NCBI GenBank assembly: GCA_965140785.1
Contig: OZ223497.1
Span: 1 to 64,000, forward strand
DNA length: 64,000 bases
Source: an uncultured Ruficoccus sp.
GTDB taxonomy: Bacteria; Verrucomicrobiota; Verrucomicrobiia; Opitutales; Cerasicoccaceae
Direction: 5' to 3'
The notes below the pieces were generated by a model. That model made no database searches, had not been told where the DNA came from, and saw only the letters and a list, made by a program, of their open reading frames with translations. Position numbers and translations under genes: made by a program. This document shows, piece by piece, positions 1 through 9,959 of this stretch (position 1 is the stretch's first letter; each line of letters begins with the position of its first letter).

Positions 1-398
1 GCCACCGCCTGGGTGGTAGGACGTCAGGTCTTCGAGCACCGATCAAGGACATCGTCCCCGGCGTGCGCATCGTGGGCGAAAAGGCCGACCGCCTCGCCAA
101 CACCACCTGCCTGATCATGCCGAAGTTCCCCAACGCCCGCTGGGTGGCCCAGCTTGACCGGCTCGGCTTCGCCGTCGGTCGGGGCTCGGCCTGCGGCACC
201 GGCAAGGCTGCCCCTTCGCACGTGCTCGCCGCCCTCGGCCTCAGCGCGGAGGAGGCCAAGCGCGCCGTGCGCATCAGCGCCGGTTGGGACACCACGCCGG
301 ACGACTGGCGCGGGCTCGCCGACGCCTTCGCCACCGCTTCGAAAAAACTCCGTGCCGAGCTGGACACCCCCACCACGGCCACGGTGATCTCTATCTAG
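1..398 (+). CDS. Cysteine desulfurase (IscS/NifS family), 3' part only
   Basis: RLANT, GSACGTG (catalytic Cys), PSHVL, VRISAG motifs in ORF 63..398; runs off the window start; possible 1-bp deletion near 40. Confidence 0.85.
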   Translation, partial: HRLGGRTSGLRAPIKDIVPGVRIVGEKADRLANTTCLIMPKFPNARWVAQLDRLGFAVGRGSACGTGKAAPSHVLAALGLSAEEAKRAVRISAGWDTTPDDWRGLADAFATASKKLRAELDTPTTATVISI

Positions 399-427
399 GC
401 CGAGCGGCTGTCTTTTTTTTCGGCGGC

Positions 428-1515
428 ATGAAACTGCTCAGGCTCAATGTGGAGAATTTCCGCAATATCGAACAGGCGGCGCTGAGCTTCGGGAAGACGA
501 GCACCTTCCTGCTCGGACGCAATGGTCAGGGCAAGACGAACCTGCTGGAGGCCGCGGGCATGGTCACCGCGCTGCGCTCGTTCCGGACGACGGAGGCGCG
601 GGCACTCATCCGCTATAACCAGCGTCAGGCGCGGCTCTTTGTTGTGTGCGAACGCGAGGGGAGGGGACGGCGGAAATCACGCTGGGCTTTTCCGGCACGG
701 GCAAGCAGATCACCTGCGACGGAGAAAAAGTCGGGCGGCTGGCGGACTTCCTGGGACGTTTCCCCACCGTCACACTCTCGTCCGAGGACATCCAGCTCAT
801 CCGGGGCGCACCCTCGTTGCGGCGGCGCTTTCTCGACATGACGCTTTCGGCCATGCGGGCCGATTACTTCGAAGCGCTCCGGCGCTACCACCGCGCCCTC
901 AAAGAGCGCAACAGCCTGCTCAAAAACGGCCAGGGCTCCCGTGAGGCCGAGCTGAGCGCCTTTGACAAGACCCTCGCGCCCGCCGCCACCACCATCTGCC
1001 GCCTGCGCCGCGAGGGGGTCGAAACTTTATCCGGGCACCTCGTCACCGCCTACGCCGTGATCAGCGGCGGGGCGGAGGAGCCGGAGCTGCGCTACCGGCC
1101 CGAGTCTGCCATGGAGGAGCCCGAGGCGGTGCTGAAAGCCCTGCGAGAGAGCCGCGCCGCCGACCTTGCGCTCAAGTCCACCCAGCGCGGCCCGCACCGC
1201 GACGACCTCGGTCTGTACGTGGCCGGTAAACGCGCCCGCGAGTATGCCTCGGAGGGCCAGCAGCGTTCGCTCGTCGTGAGTCTGCGGCTGGCGCAGATGG
1301 CCTGCTTTGAAAAAAGCTCGGGCGTGCGCCCGGTCATCCTGGCCGACGACGTGCTGGGCGAACTCGACCCCGTGCGCCGCCAGCGCTTCTGGGGCGCAGT
1401 CGGGGCGGAGCGGCAGGTCATCGCCACCGGGACCGAGCCGCCCCCGCCGGGCGAGCGCGACTGGGAAATGATCCATGTCGCCGACGGCGCGTTTACGCGG
1501 GAGCCGGCCTCATGA
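428..1515 (+). CDS. recF: DNA replication/repair protein RecF, split by a 1-bp deletion near 659
   Basis: ATG 428 gives NFRN and Walker A GRNGQGKTNLLEA; second frame (646..1515) has RRRFLD, GPHRDDL, SEGQQR, DDVLGELD; junction in G-run 658-661. Confidence 0.93.
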
Positions 1516-2275
1516 GTCTGGCCGATCTCACCGTCAACCAGTGGCTGCTGGGTATCGCCGGGGCCTTCTTCATGGCTTGGGAAAGGGCGGGCTGCCCGGC
1601 CTGGGTAATCTCGCCATCTGGTTTTACGCGACCGCCTTCGGGGCCAAGCCCTCGGTCGGTATCCTGCTGCCGGTGCTCATCTGCGGTGACATGGTGGCGA
1701 CAATCGCCTACCGGCGGCATGCGGACTTCAAGCAGGTGGGCAAGCTTATGCCCTGGAGTATGGCCGGGGTACTCGTCGGAACACTTTTATTCGGGTGGAT
1801 TCCGGCGGATATTTTTGCCGCGGTCATCGGCGGGCTGCTGCTCTTTATGACCGGGCTGCACTTCCTGCGCCAGTGGCTGATGCGCAAAAAGGAGGAGGAG
1901 CACGAAGACCCCGTGCCGCATAAGCTGTGGTTCTTCGGTTCGGTCGGCATCTTGGGCGGGGTGGCGACCATGCTGGCCAACGCCGCGGGGCCGATCGCCT
2001 CATTTTACTTCATGGCGATCAAGCTGCCGAAGCTGGCCTTTATCGGGACGACCGCCTGGTACTTCATGCTGATCAACATTTTCAAGCTGCCCTTTCAGGC
2101 CGCCGTTAACAACCTGAACCTCTCCTCGCTCAAGATCAGCCTGTGCTTCGGCCTCTTCGCCGTGGCCGGAGGGCTGATCGCCCCGCACATCGTTAAATAC
2201 ATCCCACAGCGCGCCTATAACACCGTCATCTGGACGCTCATCATCGTCGCTTCGCTGTCGCTCATTGTAGGGTGA
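1512..2275 (+). CDS. Sulfite exporter TauE/SafE family membrane protein, split by a 1-bp deletion near 1574
   Basis: ATGA overlap with recF stop; MSLADLTVNQWLLGIAGAFFM joins GLGKGGLPG...; ANAAGP motif; many TM segments. Confidence 0.85.
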
Positions 2276-2375
2276 GAAAATGCCGCCCGGCGGCACAGCG
2301 GGGGTCTCGCTCCGGAAAAGCTCCTGCTGTCTTTCGCTTTGCGCTCCCGGGTTCTTTACGTTTTGACTTCTTTGC

Positions 2376-2957
2376 ATGGCACGTAAATCCAGCCGCAACC
2401 TGTGGACAGCCAAACTGACCGGTAAGCCCATGCCGGGCGCGTCGGCGCTGCCGGTGCCGGGCGTGCGCAAGGCGTTCAGCGGGGTGGTGTTGGGAGTGGA
2501 CCCGAGCCTGCGCGGTACGGGGCTCGCGCTGGTGGCGTTCGAGCCGGGGAAAGCCCCGAAGCTTCTGGCCAGCGAGACCGTCCGCAATCGCCCCAAGGTG
2601 GGCTTCGCCGACTGCCTGGGAGAAATCGCCCGCCGGATCACGGTCATGCTCGATGCTAAGCCACCGCCCGCCTGCCTGGCGCTGGAGCAGACGATCTACG
2701 TGCAGAACTTTCAGACCGCCCAGATCCTCGGGGCCGCTCGGGGGGCGGCCATCGCTCCGGCAGCCATGCGGAGTGTACCGATTTTTGAATACGCCCCGCT
2801 GCGGATCAAGCAGGCGGTGGTCGGCGCCGGACGCGCCAGTAAGGAGCAGGTCTCCAGTATGATGCGCGCTCATCTCCAACTACTGGCCGAGCTGCCTTCG
2901 GACGAATCCGACGCGGCTGCCGCTGCCTGCTGCCACGCCTGGACCTGGCGCGGCTAG
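2376..2957 (+). CDS. ruvC: Holliday junction resolvase RuvC
   Basis: LGVDPSLRGTG, ALEQ, EYAPLRIKQAVVGAGRASKEQV, DESDA acidic motifs. Confidence 0.95.
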   Translation: MARKSSRNLWTAKLTGKPMPGASALPVPGVRKAFSGVVLGVDPSLRGTGLALVAFEPGKAPKLLASETVRNRPKVGFADCLGEIARRITVMLDAKPPPACLALEQTIYVQNFQTAQILGAARGAAIAPAAMRSVPIFEYAPLRIKQAVVGAGRASKEQVSSMMRAHLQLLAELPSDESDAAAAACCHAWTWRG

Positions 2958-2980
2958 GTTTTTCGACTTATAAGGAAGGC

Positions 2981-3178
2981 CTATTCTGACAGCGATGTCG
3001 GTTTGTTTTTGCGCCACTTGCTCCAGTAATAGAGAGCGCAACATAAAAAGGCTAAGCCAAAAAAAAGGCGCATCGCTGTGTGTTCAGTCGGTGAGTATGA
3101 GAAGCCGAGAGTTGCCAACACGATGAACCCGGCGCCGATCAGAGCTTGGGTTACCCACATGTATTTTTTTACGATCAC
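2981..3178 (-). CDS. Small hypothetical membrane protein (2 TM)
   Basis: 65-aa ORF with two hydrophobic segments and a basic tail; lower GC than flanks; GTG start uncertain. Confidence 0.5.
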   Translation of the reverse strand: MIVKKYMWVTQALIGAGFIVLATLGFSYSPTEHTAMRLFFGLAFLCCALYYWSKWRKNKPTSLSE

Positions 3179-3219
3179 GCTGAACGGATAATAAGCTTTA
3201 TCACCCTCGCCGGCGATAC

Positions 3220-3246
3220 AAAAAAGCCCGGGCCAGAGCCCGGGCT
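3220..3246 (-). terminator. Rho-independent terminator after yceI
   Basis: AGCCCGGGC-caga-GCCCGGGCT 9-bp stem preceded by an A-run (U-tract on the minus strand). Confidence 0.8.
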
Positions 3247-3279
3247 GAAAGGTTCACGCTGAGCGTGGCGGAGTCCCGC

Positions 3280-3900
3280 TTACTTGGAGGCGTTGGGGCC
3301 CTTGCTGTCCACGATATTGTGGTGGCCCTGAATGCTCAGGTTGACGGTGACGTCGTCGCCGACGATGGGTCCACCCGCGTCGAGGCCCCACTCGGAGCGC
3401 TTAAGCTCGGTGGTGGCTTCCCAGCCGTTGATGAGCACTCCCTGGTACGGCCCCACGCCTTCCTGCTGGCCGAGGTAGGTCACCTTGAGGGTGACGGGTT
3501 TGGTCACGCCGAGCATGGTCAGGTCGCCGCTGACGTCGTAGGTGTCCTTGCCGGTCTGTACCCACTTCGTGCTTTCAAAGGTAATGACCCCGTACTTGGA
3601 GGTGTCGAAGTAATCGCCCTGCTGGAGGTGGTCGTCACGCTCGGTGTTGCCGGTGTCCACGCTCTTGGTCTCGATCGTGGCCGTGACCTTGTTCTTGGTC
3701 ATGTCGTTTTCGTTGACATGGATTTCGCCCGTGAACTGGGTAAACTTGCCCGGTATCTGGTTGAGGAAGTGGCGGACCTTGAAGCCGACCTCCGAGTGGT
3801 TTGGATCGATCTGGAAAATCGTGTCAGCCGCCAGTGAGGGCAGCGAGAGCAGGGTACCTGCGCACAGCGCGAGGAGTGAGAAGATATTTCTTTGTGTCAT
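3280..3900 (-). CDS. YceI family (polyisoprenoid-binding) secreted protein
   Basis: Signal peptide; IDPNHSEVGFKVRH, SVDTGNTERDDHL, GDLTMLGVTKPV motifs; ATG 3900 chosen. Confidence 0.92.
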   Translation of the reverse strand: MTQRNIFSLLALCAGTLLSLPSLAADTIFQIDPNHSEVGFKVRHFLNQIPGKFTQFTGEIHVNENDMTKNKVTATIETKSVDTGNTERDDHLQQGDYFDTSKYGVITFESTKWVQTGKDTYDVSGDLTMLGVTKPVTLKVTYLGQQEGVGPYQGVLINGWEATTELKRSEWGLDAGGPIVGDDVTVNLSIQGHHNIVDSKGPNASK

Positions 3901-3954
3901 GCGGTTTTTGGATAGGTTGAAGAAAGCCGGGTCAGGCTTTTCAAGAAACAAAGC

Positions 3955-4749
3955 TTAGAGCAGGTTTTTCAATTCTTCAACCGATCCGCGCACAATCAGG
4001 ACACAGAGATTTCGTGGGCCCTGCCAGGCCATGAGAGACAGGTCGCCACGCTGGAAAACGACGGGGGTGCCGTTGGCGGGGACTTGGTCGCCCCCCAGCG
4101 CTTTGTCCATCAGGTACAGGCAGAAGGTCTGATCCCCCTTCATTTCGATGAAGCTGATCGTCTGGCCCTTGTACTGAAAACTGCCGAATCCCATCTCCCC
4201 TAAGGCGTCCACCTTGGGCGGGAGCGCGCCGGGCGAGGGAAGGCCGGTGGAGTCGAGTATGCCCCGGATCTGGTTCAGGTCGCTCGATGACTGGTCTGGA
4301 CGCGGGTCATGCTCGAAATGATTCTCGATGCGATCATAGTACTGGCTCAGTTCAGGCTCGGCCTCCACCGCGCTGGGTTCGAAGAGCACGGCACCGAAGC
4401 CCAGTAAAATCACGAAGGTGGCCGCCGCCGAGAGGATGCTGGAGCGTTTCCACCACGGGCGCTGCCCTGGCAGGGGGGCGGAGGCGGGCTTGCCTTCGGC
4501 CTGGGGAAAGGGGACGGTTTTCTTCTCCGGATCGAGGGCGAGGAGCTTCTCCTTGAGGCCGTCGGGGGGGTGGATTCCGATGAGCTTGCCGGCGAATATT
4601 TCGTCAAAATTCTGCTCATTCTCGAACCACTGCGCCAGTTCCGGGTCCTGTTCGGCCATGGCGAGCGCCTCGGTGAAGGCAGCATCGTCCGCATCCGGCA
4701 TATCGGCGCGGTAGGCACTGAGGATGGATTTGGCTTGAGAGATGTCCAT
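3955..4749 (-). CDS. Putative anti-sigma factor (single TM)
   Basis: Directly downstream of the ECF sigma; N-terminal cytoplasmic domain, one TM, periplasmic C-terminus. Confidence 0.7.
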   Translation of the reverse strand: MDISQAKSILSAYRADMPDADDAAFTEALAMAEQDPELAQWFENEQNFDEIFAGKLIGIHPPDGLKEKLLALDPEKKTVPFPQAEGKPASAPLPGQRPWWKRSSILSAAATFVILLGFGAVLFEPSAVEAEPELSQYYDRIENHFEHDPRPDQSSSDLNQIRGILDSTGLPSPGALPPKVDALGEMGFGSFQYKGQTISFIEMKGDQTFCLYLMDKALGGDQVPANGTPVVFQRGDLSLMAWQGPRNLCVLIVRGSVEELKNLL

Positions 4750-4765
4750 GGTGGCGAAAGACGAA

Positions 4766-5272
4766 TCAGGAAGCGGTGCTGCTCAAGAGGATGTTTTTCA
4801 GTTGGGCTTTTCCCCGCGAGAGCCGGGACATGACGGTGCCGATCGGGATGTCCAGCGTCTCGGCGATTTCTTTGTAGCTGAAGTCTTTGAGGTAAAAAAG
4901 CGTGAGCGGTGCGCGGTAATTTTCATCGACCTGGTCGAGGGCGGCGAGGGCGCTTTGGCTATCGAGGGCGCGGGCGATGCCGGGTTCGACGGATTCAGCT
5001 TCGATCTCGAGAATCTCATTGTCCTGAGTAGTAACGTGAGCCGCCCGCCTGCGCAGGCGCAGAAACTCGCGGTAGAGGGTGGTAAACAGCCACGACTTGA
5101 TCTTTGAGGAGTCCCGGAGGCTGTCTCCCTTTTCCGCATAAATGACGAAAGTCTGCTGTGTGAGGTCGGAGGCTTCATGTTCGTTTTTCGCCAGACTGTA
5201 GGCAAAGCGATAGAGCGGAGTGTAGTAGTTCTCCACTAAGTCGCTGAAATTTAGTTTGGCGTGACCAGACAT
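4766..5272 (-). CDS. ECF RNA polymerase sigma-70 factor
   Basis: ASDLTQQTF, KSWLF (region 2); SYKEIAETLDIPIGTVMSRLSRGK (region 4). Confidence 0.95.
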   Translation of the reverse strand: MSGHAKLNFSDLVENYYTPLYRFAYSLAKNEHEASDLTQQTFVIYAEKGDSLRDSSKIKSWLFTTLYREFLRLRRRAAHVTTQDNEILEIEAESVEPGIARALDSQSALAALDQVDENYRAPLTLFYLKDFSYKEIAETLDIPIGTVMSRLSRGKAQLKNILLSSTAS

Positions 5273-5368
5273 GAGAGTGGCAACAACTCAGGGATATTCC
5301 CGAGTTTGGCAAGAAATTAGCAGTATTTGGCAGAATGTGAAAACAGTGTAAATACCGGGGTAGCAGGA

Positions 5369-6457
5369 TCATCCGCGGATCAGCATGGCGTCGCCATAGC
5401 TGTAAAAACGATACTGCATGGCAATAGCTTCGGCGTACAGCTCTTTCAACCATTTAATCCCGTCCGTACTGCCGGGAGTCAGGAAAGCCGAGACCAGGCA
5501 CAGCAAGGTCGAGCGCGGCAGGTGGAAGTTCGTGATCAGCCCCTCGGCACTCTGGCAGGTGGCCGGAGGGTAAATAAACAGATCCGCTTCGCCCACGAAG
5601 GTCTCACCTTCGGCGGCGGCGGGGTAGAGGCCGGTTTTGCGATAAAAATCCTCGCAGGCGCGCAGGCTGGTCGTACCCACGCAGATGCGCGGCCCCCCCT
5701 CGGAAGCGGTCAGTGCCTGTCGGGTGTCGGCAGGAATTTCGTAAAGCTCGCGGTGAATGAGGTGCTCCTCGATGCGCTCGGCTTTGATCGGTTGAAAGGT
5801 GTCCAGCCCCACATGCAGCCGCACGTCGTGGAAGCTCGCCCCGGCCCCCTCCAGCTTTTTCAGAAGCTCAGGGGTAAAGTGCAACCCCGCGGTCGGAGCG
5901 GCGGCGGCGACCTTGTGCTGAGTGTCCGCGTAAACGGTCTGGTAGCGCACCTCATCGAGCTGGCGCAAGGCCGGATCGGCCTCGCGGGTGCGCTCGATGT
6001 AAGGGGGCAGGGGCACCTCGCCGATGCGGTCGGTCAGCTCAATCACATTATCCGCGCTCTCCAGCGCGAAGCGTACCAGCCGCTCGCCGGTCGGTTTTAC
6101 GTCAAGCACCTCGGCCTGGTAGCCGGGCCCGGAAAAGACGCCCCCCGGCGGCAGTTTCTTGCCCGGCTTGAGCAGACACCAGAAGCTGTGCTTGTCGGCG
6201 TCGGGATGCAGCAGCAGGCACTCGACCGCGCCGCCGGTTGCGCGCTGGCCGCGCAGCCGAGCCTTGAAGACCGCCGCCGAGTTGCGGAAGAAGCGGCTCT
6301 TGCCCGGCACATGCGTGGGCAGCTCCCGGAACACCGTGTGCTCCACCTGCCGGGTGGCCCGGTCTACCACCATGAGGCGGGACTCGTCCCGCTGCTGGGC
6401 CGGGACCTGTGCGATCAGCTCCGGCGGCAGCGGATAGTCGAATTCGTCGGTCTTCAT
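5369..6457 (-). CDS. queA: S-adenosylmethionine:tRNA ribosyltransferase-isomerase QueA
   Basis: FDYPLPPELIAQ, PLPPYI, YQTVYA, AAPTAGLHFT, TNFHLPRST, YRFYSYGDAM. Confidence 0.97.
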   Translation of the reverse strand: MKTDEFDYPLPPELIAQVPAQQRDESRLMVVDRATRQVEHTVFRELPTHVPGKSRFFRNSAAVFKARLRGQRATGGAVECLLLHPDADKHSFWCLLKPGKKLPPGGVFSGPGYQAEVLDVKPTGERLVRFALESADNVIELTDRIGEVPLPPYIERTREADPALRQLDEVRYQTVYADTQHKVAAAAPTAGLHFTPELLKKLEGAGASFHDVRLHVGLDTFQPIKAERIEEHLIHRELYEIPADTRQALTASEGGPRICVGTTSLRACEDFYRKTGLYPAAAEGETFVGEADLFIYPPATCQSAEGLITNFHLPRSTLLCLVSAFLTPGSTDGIKWLKELYAEAIAMQYRFYSYGDAMLIRG

Positions 6458-6466
6458 GGGTTAGCG

Positions 6467-6508
6467 GTCATTAGTCATGGGTCATTCGCCATGGGTCAAT
6501 GGCCAACT
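6467..6508. repeat. Imperfect heptamer tandem array (GTCATNN x6)
   Basis: gtcatta gtcatgg gtcattc gccatgg gtcaatg gccaact, just upstream of the queA start. Confidence 0.75.
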
Positions 6509-6574
6509 ACGCAAAGGGCGCGAATGGATCTGTACGGACTGCTCCTGCTTTTTAAATCCGCCCGCCCAAACCCT

Positions 6575-6700
6575 CCCGGGGTAGCGGCCTTTCTGGCCGC
6601 GTAGGGGCGTAGCCCCTCAATGTCCCGTGCGGTCACGCACCGTAGGGGCGTAGCCCCTCAATCGGATCAAACGCCGTGCGTTTGGGGCGCAGCCCCTCAT
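6575..6700 (+). repeat. GTAG REP-like multi-hairpin element, locus 1
   Basis: GTAG-CGGCC-TTTCT-GGCCG-C, then GTAGGGGCGTAGCCCCTCAAT twice (6601, 6642) and a third variant at 6684. Confidence 0.85.
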
Positions 6701-7849
6701 TGCTCCCGGGTGTAACCCGGGCGGCCTTTCCAGTCGTTGCCGCGTCCGGCGTGGTGGGCGCGGGCGGAATCGAGAGTAGCCTTTAAATAAAAGACCGCCA
6801 CCAGCGGCAGGAGGGGCGCCATCAGCGGGCTGGTCCCGTAAAAAACGCAGCATGGGCAGGTAGGTGGCGCTCATCAGGCCCCAGGCAGCCAACGGAACGA
6901 GCCGCCACGTGCCCGGGACGAAGATTGTGCCCAGCACCGGGACAAGGAAAACCAGCGTCATCCCAAGGAGGCATCCGGCGAGGACGGCGGGGGAGTGGTT
7001 GAGCTGGGTGTAGGCAGTGCGGCGGATCATCTTGAGAATACCATCGAGCCCGTCGTAGCCGCGCAGGCTGTGAGAGTCCTGAGTCAGCTCCAGCCGGATC
7101 GGGCCGGTGCGCTTGAGGCGGGCGGCCAGCGTGCAGTCGTCGATGATCGCGCCCCTGATCGCCTCCATGCCCCCGGCCAGTTCCAGGTTTTTACGCCGCA
7201 CGAGCATGCACCCGCCTGCGCCTCCGGCCAGCCGGTCGGCGGGATTGTTGACGCGGGCAAAGGGATACAGCAGCCGGAAAAAGTGAACGAAGGCCGGGAT
7301 GAGCAGCCGCTCCCAGGGGGCGAGGTTGCGCAGCATGACCATGCGCGAGTTGAGCGCCAACTGTTGCGCCTCGGCCTGCGCGACGAGCTGGCGCAGCACG
7401 CGGGGACCGTGGAAAATATCCGCGTCAGTCAGCCAGACGAAGGCCGATGAGTCGTCGCCCGGAATGCCCCGGGTGATCCCCTGGTGCATGGCCCAAACCT
7501 TACCGGCCCAGCCGGCCGGAAGGCCCTCGGCGTCAATCACCTGCAGGCGGTCCTGCTGGCCGATCGCCTCGGCGGCCTGTCTGGCTTCGGCCACGGTCTG
7601 ATCCTCGCTATGGTCGTTAACCATGACCACGCGGAGCTGACCGGGGTAGTCCTGTAAAAGCAGCCCGGTTACGCACTGGCCGACGCCGTCCTCTTCGTTA
7701 CGGGCCGGGACTACGGCCACCACTGCCGGCCACGTGGCGGGTTCCTCGGCTTCGGGCGGCAGCTCGACCCGCCAGAAGCGGCCCTGGCCGAAGGTCAGCA
7801 CGAGCCAGATGAGCAGCGAAAAGGAACTTAGGATGAGCAGGATAATCAC
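6697..7849 (-). CDS. GT2 glycosyltransferase, HpnB-like (hopanoid-associated), with a 1-bp insertion near 6840
   Basis: VVPARNEE, NDHSED, GWAGKVWA, TDAD, IIDDCTLA; removing one base from the A6 run (6840-6845) restores RFYGTSPL...DSARAHHAGRGNDWKGR* ending at 6697. Confidence 0.85.
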
Positions 7850-8000
7850 GACTGCGCGGGTATGCAAAAATATAGGAAACGGTGGAACTTCCCATTCATG
7901 GTGGCGATGTCCCGGCTGGCAATGCGGGATTTTGAACCGGTGCTTTCCGCCTGTTTATTTTCCCCTTTCCGCCGTAGGGGGGAAGGCTTAGCGTCTTGCC

Positions 8001-8492
8001 ATGCCGCAACTGACGACCCTCGAACTGGCCAAGGAGCACTTCAAGTTCTCCGCCGGGCATTTTACGATCTTTTCTGCCACCAACCGGGAGAACCTCCATG
8101 GGCACAACTGGAACGTCGGAGTCTCCATCACCGCCGAAGTCGGCGACAACGGGCTGGCCTTCGACTACGCGGTGGCCAAGCGCCAGGCAGAGGCCTACTG
8201 CGCCGAGCTCAACGAGCGCTTCCTGTTGCCGGGGCGCTCGCCCTTTCTCCAGATTGAAGAGACAGACACCGGCCTGACAGCGGTCTTCGGCCAGGAGCGC
8301 CTGTCTTTCCTGAGCCGTGATGTCCGTGTGCTCCCCGTCCGCAATGTCACGGTGGAGGAAATGTCGGCCTGGCTGCTGGGGCGCTTTCACGACGATTTGG
8401 CCGTGCGCCCGGAGCTGGCAATCCACGCCCTCACGGTGCGGGTCTATTCCGGCCCCGGCCAGTGCGCCACCACGGAGTGGCGCCGGGGATAG
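8001..8492 (+). CDS. queD: 6-carboxytetrahydropterin synthase / 6-pyruvoyl tetrahydropterin synthase family
   Basis: FSAGHF, ENLHGHNW, NVTVEE motifs; exact PTPS subtype not resolved. Confidence 0.8.
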   Translation: MPQLTTLELAKEHFKFSAGHFTIFSATNRENLHGHNWNVGVSITAEVGDNGLAFDYAVAKRQAEAYCAELNERFLLPGRSPFLQIEETDTGLTAVFGQERLSFLSRDVRVLPVRNVTVEEMSAWLLGRFHDDLAVRPELAIHALTVRVYSGPGQCATTEWRRG

Positions 8493-8563
8493 CAGAAATC
8501 AGGTTGCTGCTCGTAGAGTATCCTGAAGAGGCACAGGGAGTATTTAATACCTGAGACGTTTGT

Positions 8564-8830
8564 TCATTTAAACGTCCATTGTTCTTTCTTTATCTCATAC
8601 TCCCATTCTGCCTGTTCGAGTGCTTCTTCGATAGAGTCATGGCAGGTATCAATCATCTCTTCGCCATGGTTATCATAGTGGATCAAGTACATGTCAGGTT
8701 TACCGTCAAACCGTATAAGCCTTAACGTACTTGCAGAGGGTAGCAATTTGCCTCTGCGATAATGTCGGGTGTTTCCAGTTTGATGGAATGATTTTAAGTC
8801 TATTTCCGCAATTATCTCCTCCGTCCTCAT
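8564..8830 (-). CDS. Hypothetical protein, AT-rich
   Basis: 88-aa ATG ORF filling an AT-rich stretch; C-terminal DTCHDSIEEALEQAEWEY. Confidence 0.7.
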   Translation of the reverse strand: MRTEEIIAEIDLKSFHQTGNTRHYRRGKLLPSASTLRLIRFDGKPDMYLIHYDNHGEEMIDTCHDSIEEALEQAEWEYEIKKEQWTFK

Positions 8831-8925
8831 GAATATTTAAATATAATCAGGTCAATTGGGGCACCATTAACGATCTGGCTTTTATGAATTGGGCATTTTT
8901 ATCTGATTTATAACGATGATGACCA

Positions 8926-9885
8926 TTACTCTTCTTGATTGGCTAGTTCCGACCACCGGCCCAGCAGCTTCCGTTCGACCTCCGGGTGGCGGTCGAACTG
9001 GTGCACCACGGCGATGACCGAGCCGTCGCGGTTGAGCAGGCGGTCGTCGCTGTCGAAGGTCAGTTCCTCCGGCTTGGCTGTGCCCATGGTCAGCACCGGC
9101 CCGGCGAAGTTCTCAAAGAGGGTGGGCTGGCCGAAGCGCCCCGCGTGCCAGAGCCAGTTGTGCGCGCCCTGGTCGAAGCCGTGGTAGCCCATGATGCGGG
9201 GGCCGAGTCGGGCCAGCTCCGCACACATGATTTCCAGGTAGCCGATCATGGCCGCTCGGGTGCCGAAAAGCGTGCCGCAGCAGGAGGTGCGCTTGCCCTC
9301 CAGTTTGCGCCACTCATCCTCACCGTAGAGTTTTTTCAACCAGCCGTCGTCGGGCGTGCCGGTGCCGTAGCGGTAGTGCTCCGGCTCCAGCGCGAATCCC
9401 AGTTCCACTCCGTCCAGCGCCGCGAAGGGATCGGCTTGAAAGACCACGTCGCGCACATCGGCCAGGATGACCCGCTGGCAACCCTTGCCGGAGGTTTTGA
9501 GGTACTGGAGATAATACGAGTAGCGCGAACAGGCGATGTGGTGAAAGAGCCGGTTGAGCCGCCCCATGAGCGCGGCTTTGACCGAGCCGGTCAGCGGTAG
9601 CACGCTGATCCAGGCGGGATAGGAGCGGTGCAGCCGCCCCCACTTGGGGCCGTGGAAACGCCGGTAGGTGAAGCCCTCGCCGAGGCGCCGGAGCATCTGT
9701 TCGGCGGGCACGGCCTCGACCGCGTAGCGTTCGAAGGCCTGCCGGTCCTCCTCGCTGAGGTCGTGGGTGAGCAGGGCGAGCCTGCCGGTGTAGCCGCTGC
9801 CGCGCAGGCTGCGCACGAAGTGGGCGATCTGCTTAAAAGTATAACCGGTGGCGCTGCCAAGGATGAGAGTGTCCGTTTCAGACAT
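8926..9885 (-). CDS. Putative GT-A fold glycosyltransferase
   Basis: ADVRDVVFQADPF (DxD-like), DQGAHN, VHQFDR; next to a GT4 gene. Confidence 0.65.
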   Translation of the reverse strand: MSETDTLILGSATGYTFKQIAHFVRSLRGSGYTGRLALLTHDLSEEDRQAFERYAVEAVPAEQMLRRLGEGFTYRRFHGPKWGRLHRSYPAWISVLPLTGSVKAALMGRLNRLFHHIACSRYSYYLQYLKTSGKGCQRVILADVRDVVFQADPFAALDGVELGFALEPEHYRYGTGTPDDGWLKKLYGEDEWRKLEGKRTSCCGTLFGTRAAMIGYLEIMCAELARLGPRIMGYHGFDQGAHNWLWHAGRFGQPTLFENFAGPVLTMGTAKPEELTFDSDDRLLNRDGSVIAVVHQFDRHPEVERKLLGRWSELANQEE

Positions 9886-9959
9886 AGGGTTGAAAGGTAG
9901 GTAGTGGAGAGATCATCGGAGGTTTAGTCAGAAAACTAACCGTGGTCTTGGCTGTTGCG

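Noticed and set aside
5327..6604. Long antisense or alternate-frame ORFs (also 9942..11156, 11617..12903, 33633..34751, 37868..38968, 55981..56754)
   Set aside because: These are shadow ORFs of real genes in high-GC DNA, with no recognisable motifs.
7870..8000. preQ1 riboswitch upstream of queD (or queA)
   Set aside because: I found no recognisable preQ1 stem with an A-rich tail by eye; an Rfam scan would be decisive.
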